A stretch of DNA of 64,000 bases from Saccostrea cucullata (lineage: Eukaryota). The notes under the pieces are model-generated. The model worked only from the letters and a program-made list of their open reading frames with translations, had not been told where the DNA came from and searched no databases. The stretch spans positions 124,001 through 188,000 of the forward strand of contig NW_026925523.1 of NCBI RefSeq assembly GCF_032062105.1, read 5' to 3'. The translations under genes and the position numbers were made by a program. The stretch's first letter is position 1; the number at the start of each line of letters is the position of its first letter. Positions 10,252 through 23,488 of this stretch are shown piece after piece.

Positions 10252-12610
10252 TGGTTGTGTTTTAATATTCAAATTAAAGAAAAAATCTCACTTTTTATTA
10301 CTTACAGGTTAAGAAAACAATTTTTGTTTGTTTTTCTGGAGGGCAATACGTATAATGCAGTTTCAGTTATTGAGCTCTTCAGGGGAAGTCTTACGGATAC
10401 GTATTGAAATGTGCGCAAAATGTAGGTATATATCGATTTCTGGAAAGTGAACCAAAATATATACGCATTATCCGCGCAGCAGGGCGTCAAACATGTCTTA
10501 TTGTCTTTGTGTGTCTGTCTGTTTGTCTTGGGTGTCAAACGTTCCCTGGCTTTTGTTCCGAGTGTTCGATCGGTAATCCATTACATAAACACACCTGGGA
10601 TGCGAAAGCGTGTATTTCCACATGTTTTATGTGAAAGCAATAGGTATTTAGATTCAAGTGGTCTCATTTAGAACGTTTCAATTAAGATTTTTCGATTCTG
10701 ATCCTTTACACTGTTGTTTTTCGCCACGTGAAATGTTTGAGTATGTTAAGTGTCGGATTTGGAGAAAATTCGGATCAAGATCATGGATATATATGAGGGT
10801 TTTTATTGATAAAAGTGCTTAAAACAGTAAAGTTTGACAAAAGCTCCAATCTTGCCTAATCTTGGCAAACAATATCAACAGAAAGGCGGATAGAAAACAG
10901 CGATATTTAAAACCAGAGTTATATTGTCAATGAGTATAAATAAGGATAAATACAGAAAACGTTCCCATATGTTTAGACCATAAACTATAATTAAGTTTAT
11001 AAGTAATAAAAATGAAATGATTATAGAATATTAAAGAAACAAAAGTAGGATTTGATATTATAAAGACAAATTCAAAACGAGACAGGGTACATTGTATATA
11101 TAGGTATGAATGAGGGAGAGCGATGTGAAGCTTCCTTTAAGAAAAGACATCAGAATCATCTTTTTAGGAAAGGATGTAGACTTCAACCCGATCATATAAA
11201 TTAATTATTTATCAATTACATGAGTGTTAGATCAAGGTGTTTAAAAATACTGAGAGAAAAGGGGGCTTGTTTATTATTTTAGGCAAACCAAGATTAGTTT
11301 CGCATGCGCCTGTTTTTTGATATGTACAAATAGCGCTCACGAAATGGCTCCGAGCTGTCTCATAATACAACCTAACAATTCGTTTGACATTTGATTTTTT
11401 TTAAATATTTTCTCTCCTCCGTGAATTTTGATTAGGCAACTGTAATTTGATCACAGAGAAATGTCATTTATTTTGTTCATTTTAAATTATATTAGATTTT
11501 ACAGAAAAAAAGGTTATAAGGGCAATTAACAAAATATTTCAAAAATTATACCTCCTTGATTAATTACATTGTTCAGAAGAAGAAAAAAAATGTTGTTGAA
11601 AGATCATCTAATTTATAACGAAGACTTAAAATCTAAATTAGGGAACGGGTTGAGTTTTTTCTCATTTTGGAAAGTTAGAAATACCACTGGGTGCAAAATT
11701 TGGCTGGAGAAAAACTTAATATTGACACAGCTTTTGTATAGCGCTTACAAAGTGCAAGTGATTCACAAGAAACTGTCGATTTTACCCAATATTTACTTTA
11801 AATTTGTTTCTCTGTTCATCAATTTCAAAAAAACCCGTTGCAACTGTCTGCAATTCAATAGCTGGTAATATTGACAAAAGCTATCGCTGAAAGCTAACCC
11901 TGAGTATGTGCGTAACATGACAAAACCGAAGGACGAGAGACCCTGGAATTGAGTATTTGATAAATACGGAGGTCTTTGGTAAAATTTTTAATTGGAGAGG
12001 TTTTTCATAAGCAGAACACAAAAGACATTGAGAAGATGAACCATTATGACTGTTTTTCAGGTGCTAATTGACGAATGTCTAAATAAGGACGTGACAATGA
12101 AGTCAAGACGTTAATTTCAGATTTATTAAGAAAAATATTCTCCCAAGATTCAATCTAGCTGTAGGGCTTATTTTTTTAGCATAGAAAATCTTTTTTAAAA
12201 AAGTTTTACAGCAAAAAAGTGTTTTGTTAGACGCGGATAAAAATTAAATATATAATCCCTCCATACATTTTGAAAACTCATATTATCCAGAAAAATTCTT
12301 ATTGTTTAAGAATTATATGAATCTTTTGATTGAAAAATAGTTGCAGACACCATGACTTCCTGCTGCTTTGCAAGTGGGGGAAAATTTCGGAAACAAAACA
12401 ATGGACAAAAGAAGTTCAGAATTTATTCTTTGTAAATGTCGAAAATTTGATTTTAAACAAAGAATTAAGGGGGGGGGGGATAAAAATGGATTTCAACATT
12501 GGAATGTTTAATTTTCTGAAAAGGTCATTTGTATATACATGTAGATATGTACGATACCTAAAATCTAGGGGATGTATAGTTTTGAAAGTTTTATATCTTG
12601 TATATATGTA

Positions 12611-12713
12611 CAGTGGCTGCAACGTTATTACTGACAAACCAATCGCGTAGAATCGTTCGTGTAACGTGCGTGATCGTTCGTGTAAGTTGTCAACAATAAC
12701 GTTGCAGCCACTG
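12611..12713. mobile_element. 103-bp Tc1/mariner-type MITE
   Basis: 27-bp TIR CAGTGGCTGCAACGTTATT(ac/gt)TGACAA with 2 mismatches, TA on both sides. Confidence 0.85.
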
Positions 12714-15308
12714 TAGATTTAAGATTCCAAAAATTAACTTGTTTTTTGGTCAAATAAAGCAAATTAGTATTCATCTTAACGAAATTTGGAATAGGTTTTT
12801 TTTCTTTTTTTCCATTGACTTTTAGTGTATGACTTTACCATATTTTATTGCTTAACAAAAAGGATCAGTAGTTACAAGTTCTTTTCCTTTGTATCGATAT
12901 AAAAGTCAAGATTTTGGGATTATGATGAAATAAATTAAGCTGGTTTGATAAGTTAATTTAAATCTATGAATAATATGTTTTTAAACATGAAAAAAACTTG
13001 TAAAGATTTTTTTTTCAAACTATGTACATATGCATCTTTAAGCATTATGTCTTTAATCAAGGTTATACAAATGCACCTGCATAAAAGCATAGACCTAAAG
13101 TGGTAAAAGTAAATGAGAACAGAATGAAAGTAATAAGCTGAAGTGTCCAAATTAAAACTAGAAAAAAAATGTTTTATAGGCAAGTTATTCACTTGTAAAT
13201 AATTCAAAAATATATATCCTTTAAAATCTGGTGAAATAATTCTCAACCTGAAATCTTCTAATCTCTAATGCCACGGTGAGGTATGGGGTTTGGTCACGTC
13301 ATACGATCGTAGCAAGGGGTAGTTATTAAATCAAGGTGGTTGTAACACTTATACCCACTTTATAAAAATACATTCATAAAAGCGTCTTTTGCACCTGTGC
13401 AGATTATACATTTTTGTGAATTAACACCGAATTCGATGAACTCTTATGTAAGATACACGATCTTCCTACGGGGTTTAGAAATAAATTATATCATTTTGAA
13501 ATTGGTTGTTGAAGTGAAAATGAAATAGAATCTAGCACTTGATCTGTAAAATTAAATTTATGGACTGTTTTTGCCATACAACCGTTTTTGGCATCTTGTT
13601 TGTATCTTGTCAATGTATAATGTTCGGGCAAATATTCTGTTTCAGTGAAATAAAGATATATACTAAAAATCTTTCTTAACGGGTATCTAATAAATCTCGT
13701 TCTCATGTCATTTGCCGAGAAACACTACACGATTTTCAGTACTTAAAATGGTAATTGGGAAACGGAGAATTGCAATTGAATACAAACTTTTCTTGAATTT
13801 CTCAAACTTCAGAATGACTTGCATGCCATTGTTATTTTTGTATTCATTATATGAATTTCTATGACAAACAAAATGTGGATCTGCGCTTACAAGATCCGGA
13901 TTTCGTAATTAAGACGTTATAACTTCTAAGTAGAAATACGATGAGACCACGTGATCTTTACAGCTGCAAATAATGGGCCGAGGAAATACTTTTATTTTTT
14001 TATCATTCATTTTCTGTATAAGTTTACATTTTGGTTTAGTTATTTTTGAAGTGGGTGTTACAGCCGACTTAGAAATTGATATAAACACAGTGACTATATC
14101 CATTCTCCAGCCCCCCCCCCCCCCCCCGAAACCACCATTGGTTTTATGGTACATACAAATCTATACTTGTTTATGAATGTTGATCTCACTTGGAAATCAA
14201 AAGATCGAAAGTTTACCCATACTTTTGGCAAAATCCATGACAGATGCAATTTATGAAACCAGATTATGCCAAAAAGGTGTTAAAAGTTTTCGGATAAAAA
14301 AAAAATCAAACAGGTTTTAAAACCCAAAGAATTGAAGAAATAAAGGATATAGAGGAGGTAATTGACATTCTGCCCCTGTTTAATGACTGATTTTAATTTC
14401 CTGTACGGGGAGGGACGTGTTTTTCGTATTTGCTTTTGCTTTCCACTTCTTTTTCAAGTGTTTGTCACATTGAATTGAGACTGTTATATTGCATGGTCGT
14501 ATATATTGCAATTCATATTGTAAAACTCTGAGTCACGGCTAATATAATATATCGAAGTCTGATATTTGACCAATTTTTCCAAATATCTAGAATAATGGTT
14601 TACCACCAAAACAGTGGTATTAATACATTTTTTTTTAAATAAAATTTCTCGGCAAGAAAACATATTTTTACATCATATCAATCATATTATTTTTCTTGGG
14701 AGGGGGTGTGTGTAAATTTTAATACGCAAGAAAAACGGGGGACAAGGCGAGGAGAATCTCCCGCTCCGAAACAATACATAATTTGTCTATAAATTCACAG
14801 AAAAGTTATATTCTTCGAAAATTATGTTTTTACTTTTAGTAATGTAATCATTAGTACGTTTGATTCATTTATCTTATTGGATGACCGAAAATTGTTATTT
14901 GAAGTTTGACAGTTTTATATGTTTAGAGGGGAGAAAATGATTTTTGAGTATCAATGCGTTAAGTCTTCCTCCTACACTAACGTTTAATTGATAGAGAAGT
15001 TAGGGTAAATTCAATTTTAAGTCTCGAAAACTTTGAGTCTGAACCTATTCTATATTGAACTTTTATGATTCAGCTTTGTTTTCCATAATGTATACTGGTA
15101 CATACCAATGACACGTAGTGGCTGTATGACGAGTTCAATCTTACGCCTGATGGTGAGTTTTGGGGAGCGTTCGAATGGGTGCTTCTCTTACCTGTCCAAA
15201 ATTGCCATTAGCTCTAAACGAGCGTTTATGGAAATTATCACGCAAGTCAATCGATTGATCACATCATGAAATCGAAAAATCAGACAGTTATTCCTTAAAT
15301 GAAGCGGT

Positions 15309-15867
15309 TAAAAGTTATGGTCAAGGTTTGTTTTTAAAATGAGGTCAAACTCCAAAGTTCTTGGTATCCAATGAAAAGGGCTTCTAACAAAATTTACATA
15401 ATGTGAAGTATGAAAGCCCTAGCTCTTACCTTTCAAAAGTTATGGCCATGGTTAATTTTTTTCATAAGTACAGAAATCTCCAAGGTCAAGGTCAAAAGGT
15501 CAAAGTTGTTGGTATCCAATGAAACGTCTTGCCACAAAAAGTACATATGTGAATTTGAAAGTCCTAGTATATACCGTTCAAAAGTTATGGCCAAAGTAAA
15601 TGTTCGGAATTTTTTTTGGAAAAGTCGGTCAAACTCAAAGGTCAAGATCATAAGGTCAAATTTGGTGGTATTCAAAGAAAGGTCTTGTCACAAGGAATAC
15701 CCATGTGAAATATGAAAGTCATAGCTCCACTAAATCAAAAGTTATGGGCAAGGTTAAAGTTTTTGCGGACAGACAAACAGTTGGACAGACAGCTAGACAG
15801 ACAGACGGACGAACGGACACGACTACAACTATATACCCCTGAATCTTCCATTATGGGGGCATAAAAA
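15309..15867 (+). mobile_element. Helentron-associated (HINE-like) element with internal ~125-160 bp tandem units
   Basis: Repeated aaagttatgg...ggtcaa...ttggta...gtgaa.tatgaaag units, a (GACA)n/GACG tract, and terminal hairpin atacccct...gggggcat followed by an A-run. Confidence 0.7.
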
Positions 15868-15914
15868 GAAAAAAAAACATTACCTCTACATTTCGTCGTA
15901 ATTTCGGGCGATCG

Positions 15915-16477
15915 TTTTCTCACAAGAAATTCACCTGTCAAATATGAGAGCCCTAGTATTAACGGTTCAAAAATTATAGTCAAGGTTGAAGTTATTTTAA
16001 GTGTGTCAAACCAAGGTAAAAAGGTCAAAATTGTTGGTATCTGAAGAAGGTCTTTTCACAAGAAATACACGTGTGAAATATTAAAACCCTAATACTAATG
16101 GTTCAAAAGTAATGGTCAAGGTTGAAGTTTTTCTTTTTTAAAATAGGGTCAATCCTTAAGGTCAAGGTCAAAGGGTCAAATATTTTTATACCCAATGAAA
16201 GGTCTTGTCACAATGAGTACACGTGAAGTATGAAAGCCGTAGCCCAACTACATGTATTCAAAAGTTATGGCTATGGTTAAAGTTCTTAAATTCTTGGTTT
16301 ATACGGGTCGAATTCCAAGGTCAAGGTCAAATTTGGTGTTACTAGATAAAAAGTGTTGTCAGGAGGAATACACCTGTGATATATGATAGCCATAGCTCCA
16401 CTCACTCAAAAGTTTTTGCTGACAAACACACAGCAAGATAGACAGACGGGCAGACAGGGCAAAACTATGTACCCCGA
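15915..16477 (+). mobile_element. Second adjacent HINE-like copy
   Basis: Same tandem unit (three to four copies), gacagacgggcagacag tract, aaaactatgtacccc partial terminus. Confidence 0.65.
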
Positions 16478-18251
16478 TAAACACCACTGTAATTAATTAA
16501 ATCGATCAACCCTACACTATCGTACAGATGCTAATTTCTAGTTTCTATTGGCAGTATTTTCATTAATTATTTGTAATAGTTTACATAAAACATTTATTCT
16601 GAGTTCCTTCAAACTGTGTAAATTGAGGTATTTCTAACTCTTAACGTATAAGTCTTTTAATTGTTGCAGAAATTTCAGATGCAGAATTATTATAAACATT
16701 TAATTAATATTTTGTTTCACTGAAAATATTTTCAAGGGCGATAATGGAAGGATAACTCTTGTAGTTGAATGCATATTATTTTACAACCACAGGAAACAAT
16801 TCGATATTCTGATTTAAAAAGCAACGCTTCATTGTGTTTTCTAGTGAGATTTAGATAGGTATGATGGTAAATATTATTTTCATATATACCTCATAAATAT
16901 AATTTTATTGTGAGATAACAAATTATTGATCTTTATATTGACCATATCTAAGTTTCTTCACTTCATGATTAGACATGATATTCATTTCTGAAAAATTAAG
17001 CAACACTTCATACTGTAAAATTATTTTCCATTTGAATCTAATGATAATGTTCTTGATGAAAATCAAAGTAATTAAAAAAAAAATGGTGAAATTTGGAGTA
17101 GAGGGATATTTCACCTTAATGAAATAAAAGAAGCAAATGTGTAAAAGATTTGATTGATCGTACAATTTTTGAAAAATAAAACTTTTCAGAATTGAAAAAT
17201 GTTTCCTCAGATAGGGGCATTATCCTCGCTTTGTACGACTCCGATGTGGTTTTCTATTGTTTGTACATATAATTTGAAAGAAAGCAGTTCATATCATGAA
17301 ATACTAGTACTCAATTGTTCGTTCTAATCACATGACGTTTTATAATTAATCCACCTCTTTAATGATTAAAATATCATCATACTCTTATAATAACGTATTA
17401 TCACCTTCTTATAATTAAAAAGTATTATACTGAGTATGGGGATATTCTTTTTTCAATGAAAGAACGGAATGCTTGTGATTTTCTTGGTCACTATACATGG
17501 AAATTCAATTTTAAGAAATTCAAACAAATTTTGTTATCCACTCGATCTATTTTTTTTTTCAGGGTAAAAATATAACAGATTAAGCTTGTAAATGCTGAAA
17601 TTATCCATAGAGTACAAACTTATATATTTACTCAAGGAAAATGTTTAAGAGGAGTCGCCTGATAAACAGAGAAAGTGAAAATACATGCAAATTTAGCCCT
17701 CAAGTAATCTATTCTGGCTTAATATAATTTTAAAAGTGCTTGAATTGATTAAAAATTGGTAAATCGTAGTTTTTGAATTTATCTTTTTTTTTATTTTCAA
17801 GAAAAGATCACTCTATTGCATAAAACATTCTTAAGCGGGCAGCTAATTTTATCATTAGACATTAAAAAATATTACTATATTTCATTTACATATAATATAG
17901 TGGCAAGATCTTTAATATATCATAATGATTTTTTTCTTATTATCAACTTCAAATTGACCATAGTAAAATGAACTATAGTTAAAATGTGAAAACATTTAAA
18001 AGTAACTTCGATGTAGGTAATAATCTAATAATTAGCATTAAATTCTCATTCTTTTCATTTCGAAATGCTTATCATAAAAATTATATTTGTCTTTAAAAAT
18101 GCATATCTTATGCATGGTTTTTAAAAATAATAAATGAGAAGTTCTCAGGCGTGTGATAGGATGAAAGTAAACATTAATTGCTGATTAAGACTAATAAAAT
18201 GGAAGAACATTTTAAATCGACAATTTGTATCAAAAACTTTTAAAAATCATG

Positions 18252-18256
<5 letters not shown>

Positions 18257-18316
<60 letters not shown>
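18257..18316. repeat. (TC)30 microsatellite
   Basis: Perfect dinucleotide run. Confidence 0.97.
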
Positions 18317-18320
<4 letters not shown>

Positions 18321-18794
18321 AACAGTGATATAACAATAATTGATCAACATTCCAATTTCACAAATAGAATAAGGAGCAAATTAAATTACTTTATTTTCCT
18401 GCAAATTGCATAAGCTCCCCCTAAGATTAACAATAGAACTACAGCAATACATTATCCCACTTTAATTCACACTGTCTTGTAGCTCGGCATCCTTAATCTC
18501 CGAAATTTATTTTCTCAGGTGTATTCCAAGGTTTCACAATTGATCAAAGCATGCCAGGGTATATAATGTAAGTTAATATATTCAAATAACTCGCCATTGG
18601 TGTGCCTTAGTCGATTGGATTATTACAGCTTTATACACTCAAGTTATCTGAATTTTCCGGTGATGTTTTCTTCAGAAAGTTCCATCTTGTCAATTGTAAA
18701 GAGACTTAAACTTATCAATGCAATTAAAAAAAGAGATATATCTATGCATAAAAAAATATAAGTTTAGTTTAGTGCCAGGCATATCCATAATATC

Positions 18795-18855
18795 TGTCAA
18801 ATTATAATGTTTGAATTTACCGGGTGGTAGTAAATTCAAAAATTACAATATGACA
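18795..18855. repeat. Inverted repeat, 26-bp arms and 9-nt loop
   Basis: tgtcaaattataatgtttgaatttac / gtaaattcaaaaattacaatatgaca pair at 23 of 26 positions. Confidence 0.8.
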
Positions 18856-18963
18856 TATCGGTAGTATTCTTCATTTAGAAATTATCGGTTCGTTCAAGAT
18901 CTTTCAACTTCGCAATATAGAGAATCCCATAATATATATGTATACATATGTTTACTTGTACAT

Positions 18964-18971
18964 TCTCTCTC

Positions 18972-19037
<66 letters not shown>
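18964..19037. repeat. (TC)n microsatellite with one interruption
   Basis: Direct observation. Confidence 0.97.
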
Positions 19038-19041
<4 letters not shown>

Positions 19042-19843
19042 AAATCTATTCAAGCATAAGTTGAAACTACAAGTGGATGTAACTTTCGATAAAAAGATAA
19101 AATTTCAAATATGTTTTAGTGAGTTATTCTTTTCATTCTGAGTGATTATAAATGCTCTCTGAACATCATCTAACTTAAAATGTACGTTTATATCCAATAT
19201 TATGTAATATTAAAAATATCTGGCGGATTTTTTTTTTTATATATTACAGATAAATATTCATTAATTCTAAATTAGGAGTGTTATCATTAGATAAATAACA
19301 AAAAGGACATTTTCTTGGCCTTTTAAGAATTTTTTAGGCCAACAGGAATGTTATTTTCCAGTTCGTAATTTACCATAATAAACTGAAATAAAATATACGA
19401 ATATAATTTTAAAGAGGATTTTACGGGAGAATTCCTATTATGCCACACTTTATTAGAATCTTCATAAAATTTCACCATATGTACTCTAAATGATAGTAGA
19501 AATAGTGAAGATTTTTCACATTGTAATCGAATTCAGATTTTTATTTTTCTTATATAAATGGGTGAAATCTATTCGTATTGTACTTGGTGGGAAAGAAATC
19601 TAGCTTGTTATAACATTTTATTTTCCGCAAATGTGCATCAAAAATGGATATTTATTTCTGGAGAGTAAAATGTGTAATAAGAATGAATAATTCTTCTCAT
19701 ATTTATTATTATCAGACTAACTACTGAAATTTTAAATGCTACAAATGTAACAGGACAACATCACTCAGGACATCGTTAGGAATTAAATAAAGTATTGTCA
19801 CTCATTTGATAACTACATGTATTCCTTTTTCAAAACATTCATG

Positions 19844-20135
19844 TTTTAGGAACCCTAAATCAACAGATTCGGGGCATATAATTTTTGCTTTATCCGTCAG
19901 TCTGTCCGTTTCTCCACAAAAACTCAACCTCTGTCCATTACTTTTGATTGACTGAGACTATAGCTTCAATATTTCATATACGTGTGTATTTCTTTTGTCA
20001 AAACCTAACTTTGGTACAAACAACTTTGAACTCATGACCTTGAAATTTAGACCTAAACCTATAACTTAAAACAAAAAATCTTGACCATAAGCTGCATGTC
20101 ATAAATGGACATCAGTGATTCACAAACACATTTTC
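19844..20135 (-). mobile_element. Degenerate HINE-like element
   Basis: Reverse orientation of the 15.3-kb family: T-run, hairpin ending ggggcatata, tccgtcagtctgtccg tract, atgaccttga unit. Confidence 0.55.
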
Positions 20136-22550
20136 TTCCTTTTGAAATAAGTATTTTTATATTATTGCTTTTACTTATTTAAAAAAAAACTATGTACATG
20201 TTTACTCAGTTTGAATTAGTATATATTTTTAAAGAAAAAGTGTAAATCCTGAATGCTGTTGATTCATTTTAATGGTAAGTGAACAATATACCCGATACAT
20301 GTATAAAATGTACATATATTTCAAAATGATAACAAAAGTATTATAACAATTCAAATGGCAAATATACTAGTAGAAGACAACAGAATAAGAAATAAGAGGA
20401 AAAAAATAAAATTCTTCAGAGAATAGTATCAAAAATATATAGATGAATATAAGGAATAAATACTTGTATGAGTATATAGGGAAGAATTTTTTTGTTATTA
20501 CATTTAAAACAGTCTATTTACTACGAAGCCTTGCAACGTTCTCGAATGCTATACTTCTTTGAATATCATTGAGAAACACCATGACCAAATTTAAGAGCTA
20601 ATGGTCAAGTCTTATGGGAATAAGCCCTCGTCGTTTTTAGACGTGACACTACATGTATGTAGCCCCCATCTCCTTTCAAAAAATGCATTTTTTCGTGTGT
20701 TTGGGGGCAATACACACATGCGCAACGTATACGTTAACTTTCTCCTCTTGACAAAGGTGACTTTCAGAATAATGCGACAGAATATTGCCATAAATGTAAT
20801 ATGTAGGACGAATATATTAATGATTTTCTCATCTATTTCATATCACCTGTCTTGTTGTAAATGAAACTGAAATACATTAATGCACCTGGCTGTATACAAT
20901 TAAAAATCTAGATTCTGATTTTGAAAGGAACAGATCTGGCTGCAGATATATCCGTTAAAAAAATTAAACGTTAAAAAAAAAATCATTTCCAGGCGCTTCC
21001 GTTCTGGGATCTTTGATTTTTTAAAGTCGGAAGTCAATTGAAATTTGAATATAGTTTTGTGTTTTTTCAGTTTTTTTAGTTTTTGTTTTTATCAATCCTA
21101 TTCTTTCCCTTATCATTTGTACTTTACATCAGACTGTTTAAAACATTTCAATTATTTCGATATATGAACAAATAAATATATTATACTCAAGAATGATATC
21201 TGATACAGCACGGCCATTAAAAAAACAGCTTAATCAAAGGTGCAATCAATTTAAATCAATAAATTATGGTTAATTATCGGGAACCTCTGTCTTAGCAAAT
21301 CTAAACAAAATGTTAAAGATAAATATGTAAACTTAGTATTATTTCCATAAAGTTTGGTTTTGAAGTAATGTATCGTTTTTTTCAGAGAGAATCCATATGA
21401 AATTTATCAGAAACTTAGTATGAACAAATCTTCTGCAAATAGAAGAATGTGCGGATAACAAATATGTTAAATAGTTTAAGAAAATGTTTTTAAACCATGG
21501 CCCTATCTTACAATCTCATTTTTACGTTTTATTTGCTTTTGAAAAACTCTGGCCACTTTGAATTTGACCCTTCACTATATTCCAACACCTAGGGTAGCAA
21601 CGAGCTTCCCCAATCGTCGCCTATTGCGGCTTAGAACTCCGATCAATATGACGGGTTTATTTGCCCTCGTGATAAATACCGCCATAATTCTTAATGCTTA
21701 AACGATGCATAGGTAGATTTTCTACCGATATATCTAAAAATAAAATGTAACTATTTTTCATAAGGTAGGACAATCCTTCCTTTTTACTTTGATCGTTAGC
21801 CACATCGGGAGGGGGTATATCTTGTCATATTGGGAAGGAGGAAAAAGGGTATAGTTTGGGAGGGCTGTGGGACGCAGGATGAGAAAGATGTTACTCGGCA
21901 CGTTCGGGATTTAATAAATGGTTTGATTTTTAATTCTCTCAGGTGTTCTGGTTTTTGTTTGCGAACACGGGGGTCCTATGGGGCCGACAGTTCGGTTGTA
22001 TCAAAATGACATGTCCCCTTCTGTATTAGGTATTGACTCAGTGATAAAGCATGATTCGAGTATAACGTATTGACACCATACAACTAGCAATGACAGACAG
22101 TCTTGTGTAAAGGTGATTTAAGGCGAGATTTTCTTTAAAGAAAAAAATGAAGACGACGGTTTGTTTCCCGTTTTTCACACTTTTTATGTGTGTTCTTCTC
22201 CCTATATCGCTAATCTCTTCTTTCACCTCTCCAAGAACGATTTTCTAGGTCTGCCAAAACACGTGTAGACCATATGTTGACTATTTTTTTTTAAGAAAAA
22301 AAATTGGATGTCTTAGAAAAATCTGAAAGATTTTTAATGAGGCGGGTGGGCAAAGGAAATGACAACCATGTGTGAGATGACGGTTTTTTTCTGGGATAAC
22401 AATGCGATGAGATTTTATACAGGTGTGGAGGTCGAGTTCAACGTTAATTTATCTGGATTCAGGATTTTCTTCTTTTTTCCCCCTACATCATGCATTCACT
22501 AGGTGCTATTCTAGCAAAGTGTATCCAAGTTTCCTTAATGTAAAAAAAAT

Positions 22551-22987
22551 CTAAGAAGCGATGTCCCCCGCTGAAGGTAAAAAGAAGAGCATGCGCGGAT
22601 CGGGAGGGGGGGGGGGGTTAGAGGGGGACATTTTGAAAAAGGCGGGCGGTAGGGAGTTATTGTATAAAATTTAATTGCAAAAATTCAAAATCTTCCCGAG
22701 ATATCGCCCGGAAATGAAAGTTTTTCATACATACAGATTCTATGAAATTATGACCTTGACCTTTGACCTTTTCACCTCTAAATCGATTGAATCTTCCTTA
22801 GGCCTAAGAGAATTGGCATATGGTATAAAATTATACTGCAAAAGCCCAAAAGCCTTCTAGAGATATCGGAAAACGAAACTGTTCCAGACAAACAGAAATA
22901 CAGAGGAACAGCGGCGGACGGACGGCCAGACAGACAGACTAAAACTAATATCCTCACCTTCTGTTTCATTGAAAGCTGGGGACAAAA
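22551..22987 (+). mobile_element. HINE-like element
   Basis: Left end atgtcccccgc, tgaccttgacctttgacct core, cggacggacggccagacagacagac tract, terminus gctggggacaaaa complementary to the left tgtcccc. Confidence 0.55.
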
Positions 22988-23219
22988 GTAGACTCTTCGG
23001 AGTTCCATTGCAGAGTATGGTTTTTATTCGACATCTCTGAGTATTTGCTGAATTCTGAACTGTTCTTTTTAGTGTTACTAATATGAAATGACAAGGTATG
23101 TGGTGAATGTAATGGTCTTGAAATACCAAATTTTTGAGAAAATCCAGAAAAGGAACGATAACTCTGTCTGAGTAGACATAGATTTTTAGTTTCTTTTTCT
23201 AAATTATATCAAAAGTTGA

Positions 23220-23488
23220 TTTTATTGCCCTCATAACCGAAGATTCGGTAATAAATAGTATTATCCTGTCCATCTAGCTGTTTGTTTGTCCGCAAAACCT
23301 TCAATATTTTTGCCCGTAACTTTTGATTTGGTAGAGCTATATTGCTTACATTTTCCCATGTGTATTCCTTCTGATAATACCTTTTCTTCGCATATGTTTG
23401 TTACAAGGCCATTGTATCGACCACGAAACTTGCAAAATGATGACTTAAACAAGATTGCTGATATTCGTGTTTTATCAACTTCTTTGTT
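23220..23488 (-). mobile_element. Degenerate HINE-like element
   Basis: T-run, hairpin ccgaagattcgg, ctgtttgtttgtccgcaaaac tract complementary to gttttgcggacagacaaacag at ~15760. Confidence 0.5.

Noticed and set aside
15410-16028. ORFs of ~80-100 aa with repeated KVKVK / LTLT
   Set aside because: Translations of the GGTCAA-rich tandem units, not proteins.
15309-16477. CRISPR-like array
   Set aside because: Whole units are degenerate tandem repeats without unique spacers; eukaryotic context and no cas genes.
18225-19141. (LS)n ORFs
   Set aside because: Microsatellite translations.
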